Both the position numbers and the translations under genes were made by a program. From Prorocentrum cordatum (lineage: Eukaryota), in contig CAUYUJ010000114.1 in NCBI GenBank assembly GCA_963575745.1, positions 434,001-498,000 of the forward strand: a stretch of 64,000 nt of DNA. Direction: 5' to 3'. Of the stretch, positions 1 to 13,066 are shown piece by piece. The notes under the pieces are model-generated. The model saw nothing but the letters and a program-made list of their open reading frames with translations, had not been told where the DNA came from and made no database searches. How positions within the stretch are numbered: the stretch's first letter is position 1; the number at the start of each line of letters is the position of its first letter.

Positions 1-799
1 TGTCCTGTGCAGCAGCTTCCGAGGCTCGTTTTGCGGACCGTCTTGGGGCCCACCTAGCGGATTTGTTCTGATCAAGTGTGACTCTTGCTCGACCCAGGTT
101 CGTTTGAGGTTCGGCTCAAGTCGACTGATGTTCGACGCAGCGTCGACGCACGAGTGGAACGAGTCGCGAAGTTCCCCAGAACGAGCATTAAGTCGGGCCT
201 GTACCTCTACAGGAGGAATCTGCAAACATAGTTTTAAAACAAGTCTGGGGGCGCTTTTTTTTGCTTTGAGTATATTTGAACAATTTTTGAATATGTTCTG
301 ACCATTATTGATGTTTCCTCGAGAATTCCCCTGTCTGGGGACAGGCCCGACTTCATGACAGGGGGGGGGGCTGGCCCAGGGAGGGAAGCACCGACCCCCA
401 GTCGCCCGTTCCTCGCTCATTGGGGTCCGGGCGCCCTTTTCCCGCCCAGGAGCGTGCGGATCTGCTGCCCCCTTTGGCCCGTCGCCGCTCCCGTGGGCGA
501 CGTGCTCGTCGCGCCCAGGTCACGAGGCCCCGGCCCCCGGAGCCGGTGCCCCCCGATGCCGCTCCCCTTCCGGACAGGGAAAGCACACACAGGCACAATT
601 AATCCTCGATTCCCCCAGAAAATATAGGAAAATATGGGAAGTGGGTGGGAAGACAGAAATCCAAACAATATGGGAAAGCATGGGGAATCTTTCTATTTCC
701 CCACATCCAAAGTGGGGTTCTTGTTTTCTCTGCACACCCCGCGCAGGAACACTCACCCCACCCCCTCTCCTCTTCTGCCTCATCATGCGGATGAGAATT

Positions 800-2098
800 C
801 CGTCGTCACTTTTGGGCTCCTGGGGCGTGAATTTGGAGGAAGTATCAGGCGGGAGCGTCGTCTGTGAGTGAATTGCGAGGAAGTCTCAGGCGGGAGCCCC
901 CTCCCTATGGGTCCCGCACTTCATGTTGGTAATCCGAGGCGGGTCATCGGAACCTTGTAACTGTCGTCACTTTTGGGCTCCTGGGGCTTGGAGGAAGTAT
1001 GGGCTGCCTGGGGCGTGTCCGAGGCGGGTCAGGAATCAAGCGGGAGCGTCGTCTGTGAGTGAATTGCGAGGAAGTCTCAGGCGGGAGCCCCTCCCTATGG
1101 GGCCCGCACTTCATGTTGGTAATCCGAGGCGGGTCATCGGAACCCTGTAACTGTCGTCACTTTTGGGCTCCTGGGGCGTGAATATGGAGGAAGTATCAAG
1201 CGGGAGCGTCGTCTGTGAGTGAATTGCGAGGAAGTCTCAGGCGGGAGCCCCCTCCCTATGGGGCCCGCACTTCATGTTGGTAATCCGAGGCGGGTCATCG
1301 GAACCCTGTAACTGTCGTCACTTTTGGGCTCCTGGGGCGTGAATATGGAGGAAGTATCAAGCGGGAGCGTCGTCTGTGAGTGAATTGCGAGGAAGTCTCA
1401 GGCGGGAGCCCCTCCCTATGGGGCCCGCACTTCATGTTGGTAATCCGAGGCGGGTCATCGGAACCCTGTAACTGTCGTCACTTTTGGGCTCCTGGGGCGT
1501 GAATATGGAGGAAGTATCAAGCGGGAGCCTCGTCTGTGAGTGAATTGCGAGGAAGTCTCAGGCGGGAGCCCCCTCCCTATGGGGCCCGCACTTCATGTTG
1601 GTAATCCGAGCGGGTCATCGGAACCCTGTAACTGTCGTCACTTTTGGGCTCCTGGGGCGTGAATATGGAGGAAGTATCAAGCGGGAGCGTCGTCTGTGAG
1701 TGAATTGCGAGGAAGTCTCAGGCGGGAGCCCCCTCCCTATGGGGCCCGCACTTCATGTTGGTAATCCGAGGCGGGTCATCGGAACCCTGTAACTGTTGTA
1801 CTTTTGGGCTCCTGGGGCGTGAATATGGAAGAAGTATTCAGCGGGAGCGCCGTCTGTGAGTGAATTGCGAGGAAGTCTCAGGCGGGAGCCTCTCCCTATG
1901 GGGCCCGCACTTCATGTTGGTAATCCGAGGCGGGTCATCGGAACCCTGTAACTGTCGTCACTTTTGGGCTCCTGGGGCGTGAATATGGAAGAAGTATTCA
2001 GCGGGAGCGCCGTCTGTGAGTGAATTGCGAGGAAGTCTCAGGCGGGAGCCTCTCCCTATGGGGCCCGCACTTCATGTTGGTAATCCGAGGCGGGTCAC
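800..2098. repeat. ~160-bp tandem satellite, ~8 units
   Basis: ctgtcgtcacttttgggctcc recurs at ~1151, 1312, 1472, 1632, 1793, 1952. Confidence 0.95.
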
Positions 2099-2605
2099 GT
2101 GGCCGTCAGTAGAGGTAAATATCAGCCGGTGCGCCGGCGACTGCTCGTGGCCGTCAGTGGAGAATTGCCGCGGTTCCAAGAGATCTTTCCCACGACCTGG
2201 GCACTCTTTCGGGACTCTCTCTCCTCCTCTTGTGTAGCCTCCTTCCTCCGAGTTGCATAACCTCTGGTGCGCCAGCGACTGCCCGTGGCCGTCAGTAGAG
2301 GTAAATATCAGCCGGTGCGCCAGCGACTGCCCGTGGCCGTCAGTGGAGAATTGCCGCGGTTCCAAGAGATCTTTCCCACGACCTGGGCACTCTTTCGGGA
2401 CTCTCTCTCCTCCTCCTGTGTAGCCTCCTTCCTCCGAATTGCATAACCTCTGTCCAATACAGCTACAGAATTTCAGGCACGATGTCTGCATCGTGCTGCT
2501 CGTTCAAGGACTGTTGCTGCTGATCACTCCTATCATTCACTGTGCTCCACAGAATGGCAGTGCGAAGACGACTGACAAAATGGGCAGAATGGCAGAATGG
2601 CAGAT

Positions 2606-3057
2606 CTGGGAGCGAGCACCTGCAAGGGTTCTCTTTGCCAGGCGGGAGCGAGCACCTGCAAGGGTTCTCGTTGCCGTTTGCCGATCTATCTGGGAGCGAG
2701 CACCTGCCGTTGCCAGGCGGGAGCGAGCACCTGCAAGGGTTCTCGTTGCCGTTTGCGATCTATTGGGAGCGAGCACCTGCAAGGGTTCTCGTTGCACCTG
2801 CTCGTTGCCGTTTGCCGATCTATCGGGAGCGAGCACCTGCAAGGGTTCTCGTTGCCAGGCGGGAGCGAGCACCTGCAAGGGTTCTCGTTGCCGTTTGCCG
2901 ATCTGGGAGCGAGCACCTGCAAGGGTTCTCGTTGCCAGGCGGGAGCGAGCACCTGCAAGGGTTCTCGTTGCCGCTTGCGTTTGGCCGGAGTAGCACCTGC
3001 AAGGGTTCTATTTCCGGCCGCGGGAGCGAGCACCTGCAAGGGTTCTCGTTGCCGCTT
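2606..3057. repeat. Minisatellite of a 32-nt core gggagcgagcacctgcaagggttctcgttgcc (second copy 4634-5118)
   Basis: Core alternates with the linkers aggc and gtttgccgatct(atct). Confidence 0.9.
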
Positions 3058-3649
3058 GGATTACGACGACGACGACGACGGCGACGGCGGCAGCGGCGGC
3101 GAAAAACGACGGCGACGACGACAACAACGACGTACTCTGTTGATTCGTATCGTTTTCACCACCTCTCTAACACCGATGTTGCAATGGACTAAGGGGTCAC
3201 TAACGCAATTTTTTTTTTGGGCGTCGGGGGTTCTCATAGCCGCTTGGATTACGACGACGACGGCGACGACGATGGCGACGGCGGCAGCGGCGGCGAAAAA
3301 CGACGGCGACGACGACGACAACAACGACGTACTCTGTTGATTCGTATCGTTTTCACCACCTTTCTAACACCGATGTTGCAATGGACTAAGGGGTCACTAA
3401 CGCAATTTTTCCCCACATCCAAAGTGGGGTTCTTGTTTTCTCTGCACACCCCCGCGCAGAGAGAGAGATCTCACTCACCCCCTCTTCTCCTCGCACTCAT
3501 TCACACACACATCATCATCACTCGCACTCTCTCACACGCTCACGAACATCATCGTCATCATCGGTATCGGCATCATCCTCATTCAAACATCATCATCGCC
3601 ACCACCACCCACAATCAATCATCATCCTCTTCACCACTCATCTGTAACC

Positions 3650-4128
3650 CTGTAACCCTGTAACTGTCGTTACTTTTGGGCTCCTGGGGCGTGAATATGG
3701 AGGAAGTATAAGCGGGAGCGTCGTCTGTGAGTGAATTGCGAGGAAGTCTCAGGCGGGAGCCCCTCCCTATGGGGCCCGCACTTCATGTTGGTAATCCGAG
3801 GCGGGTCATCGGAACCCTGTAACTGTTGTCACTTTTGGGCTCCTGGGGCGTGAATATGGAAGAAGTATTCAGCGGGAGCGCCGTCTGTGAGTGAATTGCG
3901 AGGAAGTCTCAGGCGGGAACCTCTCCCTATGGGGCCCGCACTTCATGTTGGTAATCCGAGGCGGGTCATCGGAACCCTGTAACTGTCGTCACTTTTGGGC
4001 TCCTGGGGCGTGAATATGGAAGAAGTATTCAGCGGGAGCGCCGTCTGTGAGTGAATTGCGAGGAAGTCTCAGGCGGGAGCCTCTCCCTATGGGGCCCGCA
4101 CTTCATGTTGGTAATCCGAGGCGGGTCA
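3650..4128. repeat. Same 160-bp satellite, ~3 units
   Basis: Near-identical units. Confidence 0.95.
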
Positions 4129-5744
4129 CGTGGCCGTCAGTAGAGGTAAATATCAGCCGGTGCGCCGGCGACTGCTCGTGGCCGTCAGTGGAGAATTGCC
4201 GCGGTTCCAAGAGATCTTTCCCACGACCTGGGCACTCTTTCGGGACTCTCTCTCCTCCTCTTGTGTAGCCTCCTTCCTCCGAATTGCATAACCTCTGGTG
4301 CGCCAGCGACTGCCCGTGGCCGTCAGTAGAGGTAAATATCAGCCGGTGCGCCAGCGACTGCCCGTGGCCGTCAGTGGAGAATTGCCGCGGTTCCAAGAGA
4401 TCTTTCCCACGACCTGGGCACTCTTTCGGGACTCTCTCTCCTCCTCCTGTGTAGCCTCCTTCCTCCGAATTGCATAACCTCTGTCCAATACAGCTACAGA
4501 ATTTCAGGCACGATGTCTGCATCGTGCTGCTCGTTCAAGGACTGTTGCTGCTGATCACTCCTATCAACTGTGCTCCACAGAATGGCAGGCGAAGACGACT
4601 GACAAAATGGGCAGAATGGCAGAATGGCAGATCTGGGAGCGAGCACCTGCAAGGGTTCTCTTTGCCAGGCGGGAGCGAGCACCTGCAAGGGTTCTCGTTG
4701 CCGTTTGCCGATCTATCTGGGAGCGAGCACCTGCAAGGGTTCTCGTTGCCAGGCGGGAGCGAGCACCTGCAAGGGTTCTCGTTGCCGTTTGCCGATCTAT
4801 CTGGGAGCGAGCACCTGCAAGGGTTCTCGTTGCCAGGCGGGAGCGAGCACCTGCAAGGGTTCTCGTTGCCGTTTGCCGATCTATCTGGGAGCGAGCACCT
4901 GCAAGGGTTCTCGTTGCCAGGCGGGAGCGAGCACCTGCAAGGGTTCTCGTTGCCGTTTGCCGATCTGGGAGCGAGCACCTGCAAGGGTTCTCGTTGCCAG
5001 GCGGGAGCGAGCACCTGCAAGGGTTCTCGTTGCCGCTTGCGTTTGGCCGGAGTAGCACCTGCAAGGGTTCTATTTCCGGCCGCGGGAGCGAGCACCTGCA
5101 AGGGTTCTCGTTGCCGCTTGGATTACGACGACGACGACGACGGCGACGGCGGCAGCGGCGGCGAAAAACGACGGCGACGACGACAACAACGACGTACTCT
5201 GTTGATTCGTATCGTTTTCACCACCTCTCTAACACCGATGTTGCAATGGACTAAGGGGTCACTAACGCAATTTTTTTTTTTGGGCGTCGGGGGTTCTCAT
5301 AGCCGCTTGGATTACGACGACGACGGCGACGACGATGGCGACGGCGGCAGCGGCGGCGAAAAACGACGGTGACGACGACGACAACAACGACGTACTCTGT
5401 TGATTCGTATCGTTTTCACCACCTTTCTAACACCGATGTTGCAATGGACTAAGGGGTCACTAACGCAATTTTTCCCCACATCCAAAGTGGGGTTCTTGTT
5501 TTCTCTGCACACCCCCGCGCAGGAGAGAGATCTCACTCACCCCCTCTTCTCCTCGCACTCATTCACACACACATCATCATCACTCGCACTCTCTCACACG
5601 CTCACGAACATCATCGTCATCATCGGTATCGGCATCATCCTCATTCAAACATCATCATCGCCACCACCACCCACAATCAATCATCATCCTCTTCACCACT
5701 CATCTTCACCACCACTCATCATCCTCATCCTCATCATCGTTGAG

Positions 5745-6885
5745 TAAAGTGTGAGGAAGTCTCAGGCGGGAGCCCCCTCCCTATGGGGCCCGCAGATCAT
5801 GTTGGTAATCCGAGCGGGTCATCGGAACCCTGTAACTGTCGTCACTTTTGGGCTCCCCAGGCCTGAAAATGGAGGAAGTCTCAGGCGGGAGCCTCGTCTG
5901 TGAGTGAATTGGGAGGAAGTCTCAGGCGGGAGCTCCCTCCCTATGGGGCCCGCAGATTATGTTGGTAATCCGAGCGGGTCATCGGAACCCTGTAACTGTC
6001 GTCACTTTTGGGCTCCTCAAGCCTGAATATGGAGGAAGTCTCAGGCGGGAGCCTCGTCTGTGAGTGAATTCTGAGGAAGTCTCAAGCGGGAGCCCCCTCC
6101 CTATGGGGCCCGCAGATCATGTTGGTAATCCGAGCGGGTCATCGGAACCCTGTAACTGTCGTCACTTTTGGGCTCGTCAAGCCTGAATTTGGAGGAAGTC
6201 TCTGGCGGGAGCCTCGTCTTTGAGTGAATTGTGAAGAAGTCTCAGGCGGGAGCCCCCTCCCTATGGGGCCCGCAGATCATGTTGGTAATCCGAGCGGGTC
6301 ATCGGAACCCTGTAACTGTCGTCACTTTTGGGCTCCTCAAGCCTGAAAATGGAGGAAGTCTCAGGCGGGAGCCTCGTCTGTGAGTGAATTGGAGGAAGTC
6401 TCAGGCGGGAGCCCCCTCCCTATGGGGCCCGCAGATCATGTTGGTAATCCGAGCGGGTCATCGGAACCCTGTAACTGTCGTCACTTTTGGGCTCCTCAAG
6501 CCTGAATTTGGAGGAAGTCTCAGGCGGGAGCCTCGTCTGTGAGTGAATTGGGAGGAAGTCTCAGGCGGGAGCCCCCTCCCTATGGGGCCCGCAGATCATG
6601 TTGGTAATCCGAGCGGGTCATCGGAACCTGTAACTGTCGTCACTTTTGGGCTCCTCAAGCCTGAATTTGGAGGAAGTCTCAGGCGGGAGCCTCGTCTGTG
6701 AGTGAATTGGGAGGAAGTCTCAGGCGGGAGCCCCCTCCCTATGGGGCCCGCAGATCATGTTGGTAATCCGAGCAGGTCATCCAAAACCTGTAACTGTCGT
6801 CAATGTTGGGTTCTCGCGCTGCCAGAACGCAGTTCCCAGGCCACATTTTGGACGCAACAAGGAAGTTTTTGGGCTCCTCAGGTCG
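5745..6885. repeat. 160-bp satellite, variant subfamily, ~7 units
   Basis: Shared diagnostic changes gcagatcatg and ctcaagcctgaa. Confidence 0.95.
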
Positions 6886-6889
6886 CCGA

Positions 6890-7364
6890 GGTGCTGCGAC
6901 AGGGCGCCGAAGGCGCCGACGACGACGGCCAGGCCGAGGCGCGGGCGCGGAGCTTGCTGATGTTCAGGCCCAGCGAAAGGGAGTTCACATGGCAGAGCTC
7001 GGGGGCGCACAGCGTGCGCCGCTCGGGGTTCACCCTGACGCACGCGTCCTACCTGACCTCCACGCTGTCGCAGGGCCAGACGCTGCGCAAGGGCGTCACC
7101 ATCGACTGCGCGAGAGACGAGGACGCTGGCCGCACGGGCATGTCGGACGAGCAGTGGTGGCTGCACCTCTACGTCATGTTCTCCCGCGCCACGTGCATGC
7201 GGAACATGCTGATCCTGCGGCCGCCGCCGCGAGAGTTCCTGGAGTGCGGGCCGCCGGCGTCCCTGCGGAAGGCGCTCCTGGAGTTCGACAAGAGAACGGT
7301 TTTGTCCAGGGCGGAGGCGAAGCAGCTCGCGGCAGAGCTGGGCTTCGTGCTGCCTTCCGCCTGA
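6890..7364 (+). mobile_element. Helitron/PIF1-type helicase C-terminal fragment
   Basis: HASYLTSTLSQGQTL and LYVMFSRAT resemble the PIF1/RepHel motifs AxTxHKSQGQTL and LYVALSR; intronless; 5' end fused to satellite. Confidence 0.75.
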
Positions 7365-7818
7365 GCGCGGCTGCGCCTCGCTCGAAGCCCGCGGGGTTGT
7401 CCCAACGGCTTGGTCTTGCGCGCCAACGGCTCGCGGGGTTGTCCCGACAGCCTGGCCCGCGGGGTTGTCCCAACGGCTGCGCGACGTGACCAGTAGAGAA
7501 CGCGCCTGTGCTGGCCGTGGCGGCGACGGCGCCGAGGAACATCGACATGCGCGCTCATGCAACAGGAAGGGGAGGAGGTGGCGGGGCGCGGAACAAACAG
7601 GGGGGCGAGGATGGGGACAACGTAAGGAGTGGAAGGGGGGCCCGCGCCAAGGCGAGAGGAAATATACGCAGAAGAGACAGCCAGGACGCCTCACCAACCA
7701 CGAGGACGACGCTGATGGCTTTTTCCAGATTCGCCCAGAGGATTCTTATGTGGGGTTCTTCCGTCGGAGTAATTGTGTGTGTTTATTTGTGTGTCCCAGG
7801 GCCCCATTACCCCTGCAG

Positions 7819-8183
7819 GTGGAGCAACGCAAGCAGAGCCTGTGCGACGAGATGCTGGCCCGCGCGGTAGAGTTAAGTTGGGCCTGTCCATTTACAGTGG
7901 GAATATTCAAAAATAACCAAAAAATAGGCTGGGGACTTGTTTATAGTATTTTTGGGCATCTTTGGGGCATTGTTGGGGTATTTTTAATTTTTCGTCCAAA
8001 ATCCCCCTGTACGGGGACACGCCCGACTTAGCGGTAGAGCGGTTTGGGGAGGCTCACAGCGCGGACGTGCTGGAGCGACTGCTGGGGCCCGCTGCCGCCG
8101 AGCTGCTGGCGGCGTGGCGCCGGGGGCTGCCGGCGTGGCGCCGGGGGGAGCCTGGCCAGCTGGACCTGGGGGCGCGAGGCTGA
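7819..8183 (+). CDS. Possible terminal exon of an unidentified gene, split by a MITE with a 9-bp TSD
   Basis: ctgcAG acceptor; removing 7873-8039 gives VEQRKQSLCDEMLARAVERFGEAHSADVLERLLGPAAAELLAAWRRGL...ARG*. Confidence 0.45.
7873..8030. mobile_element. MITE family A (TIR TTAAGTCGGGC...); other copies at 188-355, 41300-41488, ~52953-53097, and fragments at 36100-36500
   Basis: Terminal inverted repeats with an AT-rich core; this copy is flanked by gcggtagag direct repeats. Confidence 0.85.
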
Positions 8184-9289
8184 TCCGCCGCCACAAGGCA
8201 AGCACGGTTTGAGGGCTCTCATGGCCTTGGCTGCGGCTCCGGGGAAGGCCACGGGGTCCAGAGCCCATCTCTTTTAGGGCCCGCCTCCCTCATGCCACTC
8301 TACAGGCCGCCAGGATGGGCTTGCAGTAGATGGGGTCCGTGGGTCACGGGTCGCGTCGCCGACGACTCTGCGATGCGGCTCGATGTTGAAGCCAATGTTC
8401 TCGACGCTGGCGTCGCCGATGCGTCGGCGATGCGGCGCGATCCCCTTACCCCGTGTATTAGGACCCCATTTTGGCAGCCTCCAGCTACTGGTTCTGAAGA
8501 AGACTAGTAACATGATCGGAGGACCGCGTGGTCGTCTTCGGTCGTCACTGGGCCCCTCTGACGGCGCCTCAGGCGCCGCGCCTGGCGCCAGGGAGGAGGT
8601 CCAGCACCGATCCAAGAAGCCCGCGCGGACCACCAGAAGTAGGAGGAGGAGGACGAGGAGGAGGAGGAGGAGGAGGAGGAGGAGGAAGGGGAGGAGGGAG
8701 AGGAAGGGGAGGAGGAGGAGGAGCAGGAGGAGGAGGAGAAGGAGGAGGAGGGGGAGGAGGAGGAGGAGGAGGAGCAGGAGGAGGAAGGAGGGAAGAGGAG
8801 GAGGAGGAGGAGGAGGAGGAGGAGGAGGAGGAGGAGGAGGAGGAGGTCTGCCCTTACCGCGCGCTCTTACGATCCTTTGCCTGTATGCCCCAGCGACGAA
8901 GCTAAAGCTTTGGTAGACCGCCCGGCCATCCTGCGTCAGTGTGTCGACTAGCGGCGTGCGCGCCGCCCGGGCCGTGCGCATTTCCGCCTTGGTCCACCGT
9001 TGGCTTTGTCCAGGGAGGAATGGTCGAGGAGGAGCAAGTCCGGCGCTTTATGCCAGACCTGTCTCCGACTGTTTCGTATATTCCCTGTGTTCTTGCCAAG
9101 GGCGTTTCTAGATTTCGGCATGTTGCGGTGTGTGTGTGTGTGTGTGTCAGTATCTTCCTACGGCCACTTGCTCGGCTGGTTTGCGCTTTGTGACGCTGTA
9201 AGACGCAGCGTCGCGTCGTTTCCTGACCTCGCAACGCTAGGCGGGCGCTCTTCAATCTATTATGCGGCCTGCGGCAAACCCCGCCATCG

Positions 9290-9960
9290 TTCATGATGCA
9301 GCCCTGAGGAAGATGAAGCGGAACAAACAGGTGTTAACGACGAAAGGTGCGGGGTGCAGATTTGTGGCCGTCTTAGCGCCTTTTTTGTGGTTTGTTTAGT
9401 GGTGGCACTGTTGCACCATACGCGTGGAGCATCCCAAAGATAGCTGGCCTATCCAAGAACGAGGATGTGACGCTACCGACATACCAGCCTATCGCAATCA
9501 TTCCAGTGCTGGTCAAACTATACAAAAGCGTGATTCTATGTCGTATCGAAAGGGTTCTCGATACGAAACACATTCTCGAATAAATGGGTTGCCGCAAATC
9601 AAATTGATGCGTGTACGTAGGCCATTCTTTCATAATGGTGAGCGAAGAGAGCGTATATTGAGGTGAGACTTGGACAGAGCCGTCGACAACATCACTAATT
9701 CAGCAATCTTTCTTGTCTGGTGTGAGTGATGATGAATCGCATGAGATCGACATCCAGGTGCGTCAGAGCATTTACAGCAACCGATATAGTGTCATTCTAA
9801 TGGAAAACGAGGCGCGCAGCGGATATTTCGAGACCTTGAGAGGCGTTTGGCAAGTGGGCCCTGCCACCCATTATGTTCACCAACATTGTGTGGGAGGCTA
9901 TGGCGAGCTTGAAAAAACGCTGCGAGACGCAAGGCTTGGAGACAGCATTTGGCAGCAATA
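9290..9960 (+). pseudogene. Heavily degraded LINE reverse transcriptase fragment
   Basis: Frame-broken motifs ALRKMKRNK, IPK..YQPIAIIPVLVKLY, DLDRAVDNI, SGYFETLRGVWQ. Confidence 0.65.
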
Positions 9961-10355
9961 TTCTCGTGGAGGGGTGATTGTTTTGTCCGACCCCCTCTTG
10001 CTGGTGTCTCTCTGACTCTTCAGTTGGCTCCCTCCTCCCCTCAGCACCCGCGCGCCGCGCAGCACTCGGCTTTGCGCCAACGGAAAACAGTAGAAACAGG
10101 TGAACGAGGCAGGGGACCAACCCCTCCCGATCGCCGGAGACAGTGGCGTCTTGCGCGCCTGGGTGTTGCCACCCCCTCCTGTCCTACTCCTCCTCTCACT
10201 CTCCTTCCTCCTCCTCTCTCCTCCTCTCCTCCTCCTCCCTCCCTCCTCCCTCCCCGCCTCTCCTCCCCTCCTCCTCCTGCTCCTCCTCCTCCTCCTCCTC
10301 CTCCTCCTCTCCTCCTCCTCCTCCCCCTCCTCCTTCTCCTCCCCCTCCTCCTCCC

Positions 10356-12830
10356 GCGTACGGGTCCGTCAGGTTCCTCTCCCAGGCGCTCACCAAGGCT
10401 GGGGTTCTCTTGGGCAGGCTCTGCAACAAGGCGCACTTGAGCATCGCAAGCAAGAGCAAGATCATCGCGGGGGACCCTGGCTTAGCAAAGGACATTGCGC
10501 GCAAGTTGGCACAGCACAATATTAAGATCACTGTAGCACAGAAAGCAGTCGATCTAGGCACCGACAGAGGCACGAACATGCGAGCACGACCTAAAGCAGC
10601 AGCACGTCGCAAAGCAGCATGGAAGCAAGTAGGCCGAGCTCGGAAGCTTATTGGAGCTGGCAGAACAGGCAGAGCAGCAGCACGTCGCGTGATACATCGT
10701 GGATGTTATGCAAAGGTGCAGTATGATGCAGCTGTGTATGGTATGAGCCCTTCTGCAGTGCAAGCTTGGCGCAGAGCTATAGGAGGCACGTTCACGATGT
10801 CGGTCCGTGGCCGGTGCCTCGACACTTTTTTGCAGCTGGAGCTTGGAGATCAAGATCCAGCAATTTTGCAGGTTTTTAAGATGCTCGACAGCTGGATGGC
10901 CATTCTTGCGTCAGGAGCTGAAGCACGAGCGTTTGCAGCACGGGACTGGTCGCAGCACGTGGCTAAGGCTAGAGAAAATCCTAAGCATCGTTGGCGCAGA
11001 ATCACAGGCCCCACCAGAGCTGTAGTGAACACCCTTTTGGACATCAACTGGGACCCCATTGGATCTTGGCATTGAGTTTCTGATCTTGGGAACGTCTATC
11101 AGGCTACTCCAGAGGTCCTTGAAGCAGGTCCACTAGATCTAGATGATATCCGTCAAGACCTAGCCGATTCAGTTCGTCGGGTTCTTTGGAAGCGAGCAGC
11201 AAAGCATTATGAGAGCGCAGATGTTGCTAACGGAGTAGACCTAACTGATGTACGACAGCAGCTACGACGAGCTAGAGATAAAGACCAGCATAAGTGGGCA
11301 GGAGCTTTAGTCACCGTGTGCTGTGGTGGTCAGTGGGCTAGAGAGAGAGTTCAAAGCATCATCAACCCGCCTGATTTTTCTGTTGTGTGTGATCGCTGTG
11401 ATTGTGGACGACCAGAGTCTACCTTCCACCGACTATGGGAATGTTCCGCGAACGACGCCTTGCCCTCGACCACCAGCATCGAGGCATATGTGCACCGTGC
11501 TCGCACCCAGGTGGATTCACAGCCTTCAGTGTGGCTTCGGGGCCTCACTCCTTCTTCGTGGACACAAGTTTCGCTACCGCCCGACGAGGCGGACATTTTT
11601 GTGCACAGCCACGGCTTCTTCCCCGACGGCGCAGACCTGATCGTCGGTGCAGGTGATGCCTCGGGGGGTCAATACTCGGATCAGGCCAGATTCAGGAGAG
11701 TGTCTTGGGCTTATGTCGTCTTCGAGGAGTTCGATTTAGGAAACCCAGCTCCGTCCCTGGCCTTGTCAAGGGTTTCCTCGGGAGCCACATGGGGACCCCA
11801 GACTATCAACCACGGCGAGATGATAGCGCTCTTGAGGTTCCTGGAGGAGGCCCCTGTGGGCCGACCGCTTGTCTTCGTCACGGACTCGTCGTACGTCCAG
11901 AAAAACGTCAATAAGGTCCTCTTGGATTTCTTCCCTGCTGGATTTAGGAACGAGTGGCGTCGAATTCAGCGGCTTCTTCGAGAGAAGCCGACCGTTATCA
12001 TCAAGATCGAGTCGCACATGACTCCCGAGCAGGCTGCAGAGAAAAAGGAGCTTGTCTTTGCTTGGGTTGGGAATAAGGCAGCTGATGAGTTGGCCGAGCA
12101 CACGGCCAAGAACATACAGCTGCAGGCGGGGGAGGTGGAGGCGGTCCAGATTTCTGAGGCCCTGACGCGCGCTGTGAGAATTCGGGCTTGTGAAGTTTTC
12201 CTCTCGAGATTTTCGGAGGCTTCTGGAGACAATCCCCAGGCCCCTAGAGCTCGAAAGAAAGCCAAAGCCAAGCCGAAACCAGCCTTTCCTCCTCCTCCTC
12301 CTCGAGTTTTCAACCCTCGCCCCAAATTAGCTAAGCAGCTTAGGGAGTCGGCGCGCAATATGATTCCTGTAGGAGAAGGTCCAGACTCTAGGCTCTATTG
12401 TAATAGTTGCTGCTCGGTCATTACTGTAACCTCGCACGGTAATATTCCGTCCCAGGAGTTTCTGGCCTCCCCGTGTGTTCCTGCGAAACCCCGTGCAGGA
12501 TATGAGGGAGCGAAGTCCCTCCAGAATGTGTACATCGGTGCCAGGTATGTTGACCCATCTCATGATATGGTCATGTCTGCCAAGGGTACTTACATATGTC
12601 TGACCTGCGGCTCACACGCTACAAGAGCGGGTCAGAATCTTTTCAAAGAATGCAAGAAGGCCACGTCGACAGGGTCGGCCTATCTTGCCAAATTCACGAG
12701 AGGGGAAGTTTAGCTTCCCTGCCTTTTCGACCCGCGAGAAGCGTCTCGATAGGAACTGGCTTTTCTGCCTCCCTTAATCGAAGGGCAGGCTACCCCCCTT
12801 TTTTAGACAGACCAATGGTCAACTGCGTGT
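10356..12830 (+). mobile_element. 5'-truncated non-LTR retrotransposon (RT C-terminus, RNase H, Zn fingers, 3' UTR); one in-frame TGA at 11073-11075
   Basis: ORFs 10143-11075 and 11316-12713 share a frame with no other stop. Motifs AVDLGTD, CDRC..STFHRLWEC, GDASGG, TINHGEMIAL, FVTDSSYV, KIESH, GNKAADELA. Flanked both sides by (CCT)n. Confidence 0.9.
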
Positions 12831-13066
12831 CCTCCTCCTCCTCCTCCCCCTCCTCCTCCTCCTCCTCCTCCTCCCCCTCCCCCTCCTCCTCCTCCTCTTC
12901 CTCCTCCTCCTCCTCCTCCTCGACACAGCCCTGCGCGACGATGAGTCTCGCCGCACACCTTTGAATGCAATGGGTGGCGCTTCCCCTTTGATGCGGGGCC
13001 ATTACCACTTGCGCCACCATGCACTCCCGTTCACCCCTCGGGTGAAACAAAAGAAACCCCAACGAG

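Larger units (their letters stand above)
1640..5700. repeat. ~2.03-kb tandem segmental duplication
   Basis: 2016-3640 is near-identical to 4047-5700; identical ORF translations offset by 2031 nt. Confidence 0.93.

Noticed and set aside
50..122. Weak SL-like ends (ttctgatcaag, ttcggctcaag)
   Set aside because: Matches are too short and degenerate, with no recognisable downstream gene.
2606..5118. 32-nt direct repeats resembling a CRISPR array
   Set aside because: The linkers are 4-16 nt and themselves repeated, not unique spacers; no cas genes; eukaryotic context.
11073..11075. Programmed TGA readthrough in the plus-strand LINE
   Set aside because: A TGG-to-TGA mutation in a truncated dead copy is the simpler explanation.
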